From Amoebophrya sp. A120 (taxonomy: Eukaryota > Protista > Dinoflagellata), in the NCBI GenBank assembly GCA_905178155.1, contig CAJINV010000007.1:1965151-2029150 (forward strand): DNA of 64,000 nucleotides. Direction: 5' to 3'. How positions within the stretch are numbered: position 1 is the stretch's first letter; every line of letters starts with the position of its first letter. This document shows, in pieces, positions 49,344 through 60,600 of the stretch. The notes under the pieces are model-generated. The model was not told where the DNA came from. It was given only the letters and a program-made list of their open reading frames with translations, and made no database searches. Both the position numbers and the translations under genes were made by a program.

Positions 49344-51725
49344 AGTTTTTTGCCGCTCTGATTTTTGAAGACAACTTAGCACTTCGTCGAATTCCTGCGA
49401 GCGTGCTACTTCTACTTGCGTCCCTTTTATTGTGCTGCTGGATCGTTTAAGTTTATCCCGACCAGCGTGGTCTACCAACTTGCTGGAAGGGTTTTTGAAT
49501 AGAACCGCAATGCAAATGCATACACAAGCCCACTATGTTGAACAAGCTGGGCCGTTGGAGCTAGTTACTAGCTATAAGTAAAAACCTCTAGTACTTTAAC
49601 CTGAACAGAAATACATCGGACGAGGAGCGGAAACACGGGTGGTCTCAATCAATCTCTCATCTCCACGACGCTCCTGAACTCAACGACCTTTGCTATTACA
49701 ACTACAACGACTACGCGGCGGCCACCTCATAACCCACCTCTGCCGCTTCTAATGTGTTGTGGTTGTCATTGTCTTTACGAGGAATATGAATGATAATCTC
49801 TATCTATTCTATCAGGCTGCATCGCATTCTTTTCGTCCGATCATGTGCTTCCGACGAGCAGAGCCAGTCCACGACTGTGATATCACTCCACGACAATTAC
49901 ACTGGCAACCTCGAGAACTACCTCGAGGACGATGCACCAGGGGTCGTAACAATCAAGTGTATCATTTGGGTTTGTTTCAATATTGTATGAACAAATTATT
50001 TTCGTTTATTTGCATGATGTCGTGCTTGTACTATGTATTAAAAACTTGGTGTCATTGTCTTCGCTACAACACCAGACGATGATCATAATATCGCCCCCTC
50101 CCGTGGTCTCTCCCTTTTGCCCAAAGTAGCCGGATGAGAGAATTATATCAATATCACAGCTCTCGCTGTTGCTCTACTAGTTGTTTGTGCAGGTAGTTAT
50201 TCTCATCTACCTGCGCTTTGTCGATGCCATTTATTTTAGCCGACAGTTCTTCGGTCTTTATTGGTTAATAGAGGTCCTTCTTCGGTTTACCTTTCCGGCC
50301 TGCTCTGTTGTTTCTGCAATTTTTCAAAAAAAAATAAAATAAAACCGCACGAAACAGCTACAAAAAAAAGTGCAAAAATATCGCCGACACTTTGAAAAAA
50401 GTAAGCCGTGCCCTCGGCAAATACAAAATGAGCTTTTGCTTTGCCTTTTTGAGAAAAGCAGACTAGTGAAAAGCAAAAGAATGAGACTAAGGCTCAGGAT
50501 AAAACTAGATTTAAAAAATACTTCTGCACCTCCAAGAGTAACACATGGAGCTTTTTTACAGGGCGGTTGTTCATCCCGCTCCCGCATAGGCATAATTTTT
50601 ATCACATGAGAAAAAGCAACTGCACTAGCTTAATCTGTTCTTTGTTCATCTTCTATCATTGGCAAAATAAATGCACTAGCTCCATCTGTTCAATATCAAT
50701 ACGACGGAGGTGAAAGTAGAAGTGCAAATGACATCGGAAAGCGAAGTCGTGTAGTTCTTTTCTGGTGTTGTATTCTGCTGCTTCATGATCAACATTCATC
50801 AGAGCAGTGGTTCTCGCGATCGCTTTTTCAAGAGGCTTTTTTAAAAATGCGGCGCCGTCTGCGTGATCTGTCGTGCTCGTCCTGGCAATTGCCAAAGAAA
50901 TCGAGCAAGTACTCAGTCAATGGCCGCTGGGCCTACGTCCTAAGTGCTTGCCACAGAGCTCAACGAGGTTCGTGGTCAGTGGTGTGTTTTTCCGTTTCAG
51001 GACCGGTGTAATGTATTACAAGTCGGCAGGTTTTGTCGCCACAGTGTCTCGAGCAACGAGAAGCAGGAAACCGGGGAAGAGGGAGGGGCTTGCGTCCTAG
51101 GAGCCACAGCTCTGGACCTTAAAGCGCCAGGCTACGGCGACGGAGGCCGAGGCGCCAAGGTTGGTGAGTGCGGCCGAGTCAGGCGGACCGCCCCGGGCAA
51201 GCTCCCGGCGTTAATTCCCCTGCAATTTACTGTTAATGTTCCAGGTGGCCGGATGCGCCTCGCCCCGCTTTTGTCTTCAGGGTGGGAGCAGGAGGACACA
51301 CGGCGACGCAGGGCGCAGACCACCAAAGAGGGCAAAGAACTCCCCCAGGGGATGTCGCGCGGGGGCTCCACGTTGGGAAAACACCCCGGCGCGGCCGGAT
51401 CCCCCGGCAAGTGGCGAATGCACACGGGGCCACGTCGCGGGCTAGCGCCCCGGGGCCCCCCCTCTTGGGGCCAAGAAAAAAACAGGGGGCACCCCCAAAG
51501 GATGGGCATGCGACAAATGGGCGCCCCGGACATCCCACACCGAAACGGGAGACAAACCCCGGGGCCAACCACAAGGGGCCCGGCGGTATGGTGCGCCGGA
51601 AACCACGCGAAACCCTGCGGGGCCAAAGGACCTCCTCCACCGCGCCGGGAGGCGCCTCTTCGTTCCGGGCGCAAGGCGTGGCCAACCTCGAAGAGGCACG
51701 ACCACGATAATTCCGCGGCCGGATT

Positions 51726-51857
51726 CCGTTAATTCTACTGTTAATTTTTCTGTTAAATTTTTCCGTTAATTTCCGGGGGCTCGATTTCCCTTACGAATCG
51801 CCTCAGATGGAAATTAACGGAAAAACTTAACGGGAAAACTAACGGCATATTTAACGG
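51726..51857. repeat. 49-bp imperfect inverted repeat built from 4+4 tandem 12-bp units (YGTTAA core), 34-bp spacer
   Basis: 51726-51774 ccgttaattctactgttaatttttctgttaaatttttccgttaatttcc vs 51809-51857 ggaaattaacggaaaaacttaacgggaaaactaacggcatatttaacgg. Confidence 0.88.
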
Positions 51858-52979
51858 CGTCCCGCCTCGGCTTATCTCCGGAATTTACCGGAGAATTACC
51901 CGGACAACACCCCGACCCAAAGGGACGCCAGACGATTGACGGCAAAATACAAAAGGACCCGAGGGCGAGTCATCCGACAAAGGCCGCCACCCACCATACA
52001 CGCCACGCCCCCCCATCTTTCGCCAATAATAACCAGCGGGGCGCGCGTAGGGACACAACACGAACGGCCCCCAACCCAATGCTCCCCAAGGACCATCCCC
52101 CTGCCGCCTAACAAAGAACACAACACCGGGCCGAAGGGTCGCGGGGCCGAAACTATCCAGGGGCGCCTCTGCCTGGGGCCTTGGCGACGGAAAACCCGAG
52201 CGGGGGACACACGGAAAACCCAAAGACGACCGGGCCAGAGAGAGGCGAACCCTTCGCCTTTTCGCGAACTGCAGGGAACGGCCTCGGACACGCGCCACCC
52301 CAAACAAGGAAACTAGGCCGCTGGCGCATAAGGTTCCCAGCCTTTAAATTAATGGCTTTTTATCGGAACTTTACCACCCCGATTTTGCCCGGGGCGGGCC
52401 GCCTGAGCCGAGCACCCGGCCCCCGGCCGCGGGCTCTGGAACAAAGGAAAGGCCAGAAGCCGGGCGCAGAAGGAGGCCACTCGAGCAAGCTACGGCCAAA
52501 ATGTGAAACGCAGGCGAGAAGAAACGGGCCCCGAAACCGGAATGCCGAAAAGGCTTACGCGCCGCAGCGTTTCTTGGCCTTGCCGGCCTTCCCGGCTTCT
52601 TCTGCTCCGCCGGCCGGCCTTTTGGGCAAGGCCTTCGAAGGAGAAAGGCCGGGGGCGAAAGGCCTGAAAGCTAAAGGCCGCACCGGCGAAAGCGCAAGGC
52701 CGAAAAGCCGAAAGGCCGGGAACCCGAACCACCGAGAAGCCGAAAGGACGCGGAACCGAAAGGCCGCGGGACCGAAAGGCCGCGGAGCCGGAAGGCCGGC
52801 CCGCGGAGCCCGCCGTGCGGCCGGCTTTTCGTTCTCTTGCTTGCTTGCTTGCTTGCTTGCTTGGGTTTCATTTCCCGCCCCCCCTTTTCCCGGCCGGGTT
52901 TTCCCGCATTGGTCTCGCGTTTCTCGGTTGCCCTTCTCCCGGACCCCGTTATCCCTTGCTTTCGGTGCCTCGGCCGGCC

Positions 52980-53526
52980 GGTCGGCTTCTCGGCCGGCGG
53001 GCCTTTCGGCTTCTCGGCCGGCCTTTCGGCTTCTCGGCCTTTCGGCTTCTCGGCCTTTCGGCTTCTCGGCCTTTCGGCTTCTCGGCGGGCCGGCCTTTCG
53101 GCTTCTCGGCGGGCCGGCCTTTCGGATCGGCTTCTCGGCCTTTCGGCTTGTCGGCCGGCCTCTCGGCTTCTCGGCCGGCCTCTCGGCTTCTCGGCCGGCC
53201 TTTCGGCTTCTCGGCCGGCCTTTCGGCTTCTCGGCAGGCCTTTCGGCTTCTCGGCCTTTCGGCTTCTCGGCAGGCCTTTCGGCTTCTCGGCCTTTCGGCT
53301 TCTCGGCCTTTCGGCTTCTCGGCCTTTCGGCCTTTCGGCTTCTCGGCCTTTCGGCTTCTCGGCCTTTTTTCGGCTTCTCGGCCTTTTTTGTTTTCGGCCC
53401 CTTGGCCTTTTTTCGGCTTCTCAGCCTTTTTTCGGCTTCTCGGCCTTTTTTCGGCTTCCCGGCCTTTTTTCGGCTGCCCGGCCTTTTTCCGGCTTCTTGC
53501 CTTTTTTTCGGCTTCTCGGCCTTTCG
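52980..53526 (+). repeat. Tandem array, unit about CGGCCTTTCGGCTTCT (16 bp, variable)
   Basis: Directly visible. Inverted related copies occur at about 52690-52800. Confidence 0.93.
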
Positions 53527-53534
53527 ATCGGCTC

Positions 53535-54045
53535 AAAGAGAAGCCGGGAAAACAGAAGCCGGGAAAAGAGGAGCCGGGAAAAGAAGACACCGGGAAAAGA
53601 GAAGCAAGCCGGGAAAAGAAGAAGCCGGGAAAACAGAAACCACGAAAAGAACAAACCGGGAAAAGAGAAGCCGGGAAAAGCAGAAACCGTCCGAAAAAAG
53701 AGAAGCCGGAAAAAGGAGAGCCGGGAAACCCAGAAAAGAGAAACCGGGAAAAGAGAAACCGCTAAAGGAGAAACCGCGAAAAGAGAAACCGGAAAAAGAG
53801 AAACCGAGAAAAGAGAAACCGGGAAAAGAGAGACCGGGAAAAGAGAAACCGGGAAAAGAGAAACCGGAAAAAGAGAAACCGGGAAAAGAGAACCCGGAAA
53901 AGAGAAACCGAGAAAAGAGACCGGAAAAAGAGAAACCGGGAAAAGAGAAATCGGGAAAAGAGAAACCGAAAAAGAAGAAACAGAAAAAAGAGAAACCGAA
54001 AAAGGAGAAACAGAAAAAAGAGAAATCGGGAAAAGAGAAACCGGG
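53535..54045 (+). repeat. Tandem array, unit about GGGAAAAGAGAAACC (15 bp)
   Basis: Directly visible purine-rich array, followed by a short inverted remnant at about 54047-54080. Confidence 0.93.
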
Positions 54046-54654
54046 ACTCTCGGTTTCTCGATTCTCGGTTTCCGGTTTTGCGTTGCTCGATTCGGCTCAT
54101 TTTATGCCTGGCCATGGATTAACTTGATAATACTAGTATGATTTATAGAGTATTGAATTAAGTATATGGCGCTCCTCTTGAGTGAGCATGTGCTTCCCAT
54201 GTGCCTGCTACTAAAGTAATTCTTGCGCTTTCAATTGCAAAAGCATGTCTTGCATTGTCAACTGCAAGAGCATGCAGAAGACGTTGGTTTTCTCCACTCA
54301 GCTCCCGCCAGAGTTGTCTACAAATCAGCAAGGCCACGCTCTAGCTGGTCGCCTCTCGTCGCGTTCTCGTCATTTTCGACCTCGCTTCTATCTTCCTCTT
54401 CCTGGTTCGCCAGCAGTTCTCTACTGCGCAGACGTTCGGACGTCTGATACGCAGGGGTCACGTGAAACCGCAGCAAATGATGTTTGTAGTTTGCGGACTT
54501 GGTTTTCCCAAACTCCCCGAGAAAGCGAAACCTGAGTCGGTCGCCTTCCTGCGCTTGCTGGAGCAGCGGGTGCTCCTCTCGCAGGAGACGGGTGCTCACT
54601 CATGCATTGCAGATATGTCGGGGCCTGAGTCTTTGATGAATGTTGATGCAGATA

Positions 54655-57600
54655 TCAGCAACACAAGTTTCCAGACCCAGACATATTTGCAGTGGATATC
54701 ACTTCCGGCGGTACCGCGGTTGGCGCACGGGGCTGGGCCGCCGGCACGAAGAGGTGGAATCCACAGATGCTGAGCTGATGGTCGTGCAGCGCCTCGATCG
54801 TAATTGACTTGAGGACACGGTGGACAGACGCATCGTAATGAAGAGTTTCGGGAAAGGGTACCGGCAAGCTCTGCAAACTGGTGGTCTCATCGTCAAAGTA
54901 AATCTTTGCACCTTTGATTCTGTTTTGGTCTCGAAAGTTTATTTTTCCATCAGGATAAAGACGCGGAAAAATGCGGAAGCGGGTGACGTAGCGGGGCTGG
55001 TTGTCCCGAAACTGCACGCGCCATGTCCCCCTTGGCAGGCTGGTGGCGGCAAACACCTGAACTTCGTTCAGGTTTAGCATGCGCTTCAATGGATCAGGCG
55101 ACGTCATGGAGGCCGTGATGCCGGGCAGCTCGATGGTTAGGTACTTGCCCTTCTTGTCCCCGCAGGTCACTTTAGCGGTGGCCACCTCCCCGGACACCAC
55201 GAACCGGTCTTTGCAGGTAGCTCCTTCGCCTTCTTTGCAGATGATGTGCTCGCAAACTTCGACAGGATCAGGGTCCGGACAAGGGTCCCCAGGCGCGGTC
55301 CCCTGCCACCACTGCCGGGTTGTGCCGGTTGGGGTATGCCAGCGGGAAGTGGCGGTCCTGTCGCGTGCGGTGTTGGTGAGCAGAACCCGAAGGCCGGCGT
55401 TCTGCTCCCTGGCGAGGTTTCCCTCCGGCCGGCCCGAGTTCCCAGCGTCCCACGTGTGGGAATGATCATCATAAATGAAAAACAATCGGCGAAGCCGAAA
55501 TAGGTCACCTCCATCGTGCCGCGTGCTCAGCTCCACATGGCTCACCGGAGTGTCGTCTGGTAACTCTATTTGTATCCAGGGGCACTTCTGGGCTGGTGCG
55601 CCATACGAGTCGTCGGCAGTTGTGAACATACCACCGGCCACGTTTCCGTCAACGAGCAGTGGCGCGGCGGTGTGCTCGTTGAACTCGCTCGAGACCGTCA
55701 CCTTGTCCGCCGCCAGTGCGAGATGGGCAGCTGGAGAGGTTGTGCCAGTGGACAGCGAACACATGTTGCGGTATTGCAGGTCCCCGCCTTCTCGGTAGTG
55801 CAGCGGGTTCATGGGATTGCAAGCGGCGGCGTCGCTACACGATTCCTCACCAACAGCCGTGGCCGTCAGCAAAAGTGGGTCCACCTGCATGTCGTTGTCC
55901 GGCACCGCGAAGCTCTCGCGCTCGACCTGCTGCAGCTTCTCCACTTCCCAAGGCTCCACGTACCGTTTTTTCCATCCGCACGACATACTCCCATCCCACG
56001 AGCCAAAGCCGCCCCGGGCTTCCACCTCCTATCCACTGTAGAAAATTATATCGCGCTCGTATGAATATTACAAAGTGCCAGTCTTGCTGCATGACCGATG
56101 GAGTTCTTTAGTTTTATTTATACCATAATCTGCATGACAAGTTAATCCAATTTTCTTCTTGATGTCATGCGACTTAAATTTATACCAGTACGATACTTTT
56201 GCATTGGATACCTCCGCGAAGCCCGCGATGTCACACAGCCGCAAAGACAACCCGTCGTCGCTGCCAATGCAGCTATGTCCGCCGCTGATACACCGCTCGC
56301 CGCGCGTGCCCACTCCTCCATACTGCGCGCGAAGTGCCAGCGTGGTGCGCTGCGTCACCTCTGTTCGGTGACTTTTGCTGTTCAAGTAGTTCTGCTTGAG
56401 GTTGCTCCCCCCCACCAGGCATAGGAAACCAACCATGGCATGACACCGCACATCGTTAGCGCACTTCTCGAGCATGTAGTTGTGGTCCTTGATCGTCGAT
56501 ATTGTCATTGGACCTGGATCGCTTGCTGATGCCGGTCCCCCGTCGAAATCCGAAGTGGGGTTGGTTTTCAAAACGCAATGGGTGTGCGTTCGCGATTGCG
56601 ACAGATCTGCATCTGCATTGGAGTCTTTGTAGTACACCCATTCCCAGACAAACGAGGGGCTCACCGCGCATTGGTGATACGCGCCAGCCGGATTCGGAAA
56701 CAGGTCCGGGCGGTGGACTTTCAGCGGTTGGCACTCCGCCGGATCCGTCGTGCTGGTTGGGTCGCAGCAGACGCCGCGCTCGCCCGTGATCGAGTCGCAG
56801 GCGGCACAGAACCCGGCACTCGTCCCCTTGTGTGGGTCGCATACGTTCAGGCAACTACCGATCTGGTTCCCGCACCCCACGCACTTCGACACGGGCGCGC
56901 GGGCCGCCGCCAGCGTGACCGTCAACGAGGCGACCCGTGCTGGCACGGGATCCGCGCTGTCCTTCGGCCGCAGAAGCTCCACGCGCAATTTCGTGGCCAT
57001 GGTGACCCGGTTCGCCGCGGTCAACGGCATCTGCTGCATCCGCGACCGAATGCCAATCGTGCGGTCCGTGCCCCAGCGAACCACGATGCGCAGCGAGGCC
57101 AGCGCGTCGAGGTCTCAAGCGTTACATTGATAGTCGTTACATGACTTTGTGATGCTGCGAAAATAGGAAATAAAGTGAAAGGCAACGGGGGGGCTTGATC
57201 ATGTGCGTCTTGCATTACAGACGACTTGGCACGGATTTCAGTGCAATTTTGCGCGTCGAGCACCACGATATGTCATGCATACCCGACTGCACCACATCAA
57301 AAACCTTTGCACCGTCGCCGCAAGTAGCTGCTTCGGACCACGATATGTCATGCAAAGCACCACCTTGAACGTATGGAGGACGATAGTACTTCTACTTCTG
57401 CATGATCACAAATCATGTAATAACGATCAATGTAACGCTTAAGAACACCGTACAGCGTCCCCGTCAGTTGCGAGGAGCTATCCAAGATGACAAAAACATC
57501 ATCACAATCACAGTTGCCTTTGCACAAGTTTTTTTTTTTTTGCGAATGCAAAAAGATCTACTTATCTATCATAATTGCGATTGTGATGGCATTTTCTTGC

Positions 57601-60600
57601 TCCTGCATAGGACCAGTCCCGCTGCCAGTCGTCCAGGATGCCACGCTTCGCGCTCTGGTATAGGTGCGGCGTTGCCCGGGAGAGACCCAATGCCGCCGGT
57701 GCTTCCGGATCGTACACGACCAGGTACAATTTTTCGCGGCGAAAGAAGTAGATCCCCGCCGTGGTAGGACAAACTACGATGGGGTAGGGCATTCTTATCA
57801 GAGTGTTGCCGCTTTCCGTCCTGGAGCCAGGAAAGTCCGCACTTTGCCGCCCGCTCCCGGCGATGCTGTGCTTGTAGGAGTAGACCGTGGTCACCCCGCC
57901 GGGCTGCGCTGGGTCCGTCCCGCCACCGCAGTCCCGGACTAGTCCCTGATGATTTCGAAACGCTGCCACGTTTGCTTCCGCGGCGAGAGTCCCCGGGCCA
58001 AAATTCGCCGGGTCCGCGTAGAATCCGGCGTCTTCCGCTTCCGAGCACATGTGCAGGTAAATGCGAGTCTCTGTGAGGAAATTCGGCGAACCGGGATGGC
58101 TCCAGATCTTCACGGCCGTCCCCAGGGACATAATGGATTTGTAGTCAAACTCGTCCCGCGCGACATAGACGCACAGATCGTGGTTTTCATACGGGCCCCC
58201 AACGCTGTTCACCTTCCGGGTGCTGGTCGGCGTGACACGCCACGCGCTCTGGTCTGCGGGAAGCCCTTGCCCCCGCTCTTCCAACCACCGAATGGGGATC
58301 GTCCGCGTCGCCGGGTTGAGCACTGTTCTGTGATTTTGCGTGCGTTCCACCTGCTGGACTAAGCGCTCGAAAAGAAAATTATTGTACATGAATGAATAGA
58401 GCGAGAAGCTCGTCGGAGTCCGTGGTCCTCTATTCCGGACAACCTTTGGGGGCAGTACCGCGTTACTTGGCATCTTTTTGCCGGGACTCGGGGGGACCAG
58501 GGTTTTCTGAGCGCACTCACAAATGAAGATCAGCTGCGTCCCGGAGTCTGTGTCGGATCCGTCGCTCTGCTTGTGGATCTTCACCTGCGTATTCGGAAAC
58601 CCCACACGCTCGAAGCCGCTGCCATAGATCCTTCCGTCGTCGTTACTCTGCTCTTCCCAAGTCGGATGCGCCCCGCTGTGGGTGCCCCCGATATTGCGGA
58701 GGGAAGGCATCCACTCCTCTTGCGTGTCCCACGCATTCTGGAAGGCTTGCTGGTGGAAGACAAAAATTTCCAGGAAAACGTTGTGGATGTCGATTTCAGC
58801 AACCACCGTGTTCTGGTCCCCCGTCCCCTTGTTTCGCGGGAACTGCAGAAAGACGCACTCTGGTAGGTAGCCGAGTTGCATAGCCGCGCTCTTCTTCGCG
58901 AACTCTGCCCGGGCCGCCGCGTCGTCGGGGCGCTCGGCCAGTTCCGCAAAAAAGTCAGCGTCGTGGATCGCCACCAGGTTCTTGAAGGCGTCGTTGTGTC
59001 GCAGAAACTCCTCGCTGTCCGTGAATGCCTTCTGGTCCTCTTCCGCGACATGCAGTGCCCAATATTTCAGGGAAATCATTTCAAACGGAAAGTTTGCCCG
59101 GACCTCGAACTGCGTTACGCTCCCAATTGCGGGGTACCTCGCGTATCCGACGTTTCGCAGGTAAATATGCACGCCGCAGAAGTCCGGGGGATGGTCAGCT
59201 GTTTTCCCAGGCAGGTGGCTGATCTTAATGGAATTCACCCACCGCCCAACCTGCACCCAGATGCTACCTCCGGGTCCGCTGGAAACCCACTTCCCCTCGC
59301 TGCCCGCATTGCTGAGTGCGTCGTAGTTGGCATGCGTCTTCGAGTAATAATCTAGGAGCACCACTTCGTCTACCTTCACCTTCAGTCCGTCACCCGGGAA
59401 GTGATTTGATCGTCCAAACAGTGTGAAACCTTCCACCATGCGCTTTCCACCGTCGTTCCAATATAGCCAGAGGGCTGCGTCTGAAAACGAGTGCGGGCCG
59501 TCCGAGCAATATTTGAGGCCGTCCATGTAGGCAATATCCGCGGAGACCCGCCGTCTACGTAAATCCGAGTATTTACGGAGCAGCTGCGCTTCGTATTTGC
59601 GGTTATTGGGTGGCTCGGCGCCTTTCGTATAATTCGCCCTCATTCCCTGGTAATTCTCCACCAACGTGGTCCAAGAAGATGGCGTTCTGTCTTGGTCGGG
59701 CGGAAACGGGAGAGGAACACCGGTGATTGGGATCATGAGATAGAGATGAAATCCGAAAAGAACGGCTTCCCCGGTACTGCCGCGTGGTCCAATTTTCAGT
59801 TTGGTTCCGACCTTGTTCAATAGGTAGAACTCCCCGTCCGTACGGGGTTCGCTCGTGATTTGTATGAGCTCCACGTCGTCCACGTAGATGTTGAACTGGT
59901 CCAGCGAGCCATATGGCGACGCTCGACCAAATAGCATGACCCCGGCGATGGGGCGCGCCGCACCGTCGGCGAATTCCACCTCCAAGGCCGTGCTCGTTTC
60001 TTTAGCATGCCACACATAGGGTCGCTCTGGGTTCGTCACCATGTTATTACTGCCCCCCGAGTCGACGGAAAAGTCCGTGTAGGGTCGGTTGAAGATCTGC
60101 CGCACGTCTCCGCCGAACGAGAGCGAAGCTTCCCCGGTGGCGGTGAGCCCATACCCCGGGTCAAGGGCGCCCGTGAAGGGGTTGCGAATCGGCATAGCGT
60201 ACTGCGGCACCCGGAGATACAAGTGGAACCCGCATAGCCGCAGCGCGCCCGTCGTGTATGAGGCGATGTTGCCGGCTACGATTCGCAGCTCGGTTGCGAA
60301 GGTGGGTTGCAAAAGAGGCACCCACTGGCCCCGCTTCGCCGCATCGTCCACCGTTTGGATGGTCACGCCGGAAAACTTGCCGTCCAGATACACTTTGGCT
60401 TGGTTCATGCCGTCGTTATCATCTTGGTAGGGCCCGTAGTTCGTTTCCGCACGAAACCACGCAAACCCGGCTAGTAACCGGGGCCGGTCGTCCGTAAACC
60501 GGACCTGCCACCAAGTTAGCTCGTACGTCGGGCGAAGGATACCCCCGGCCTCCATGGGCGCCCACTGCTCGCCCCAGGTGCACCAGGGTTTCGCATGTCC

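Noticed and set aside
50944-52400. GC-rich ORFs or an rRNA/ITS-like region
   Set aside because: No recognisable domain or rRNA signature; overlapping ORFs are expected at this GC content.
52181-54141. 648, 434 and 316 aa ORFs with EKPGK and SASRP repeats
   Set aside because: Translations of 15-16 bp tandem arrays open in several frames.
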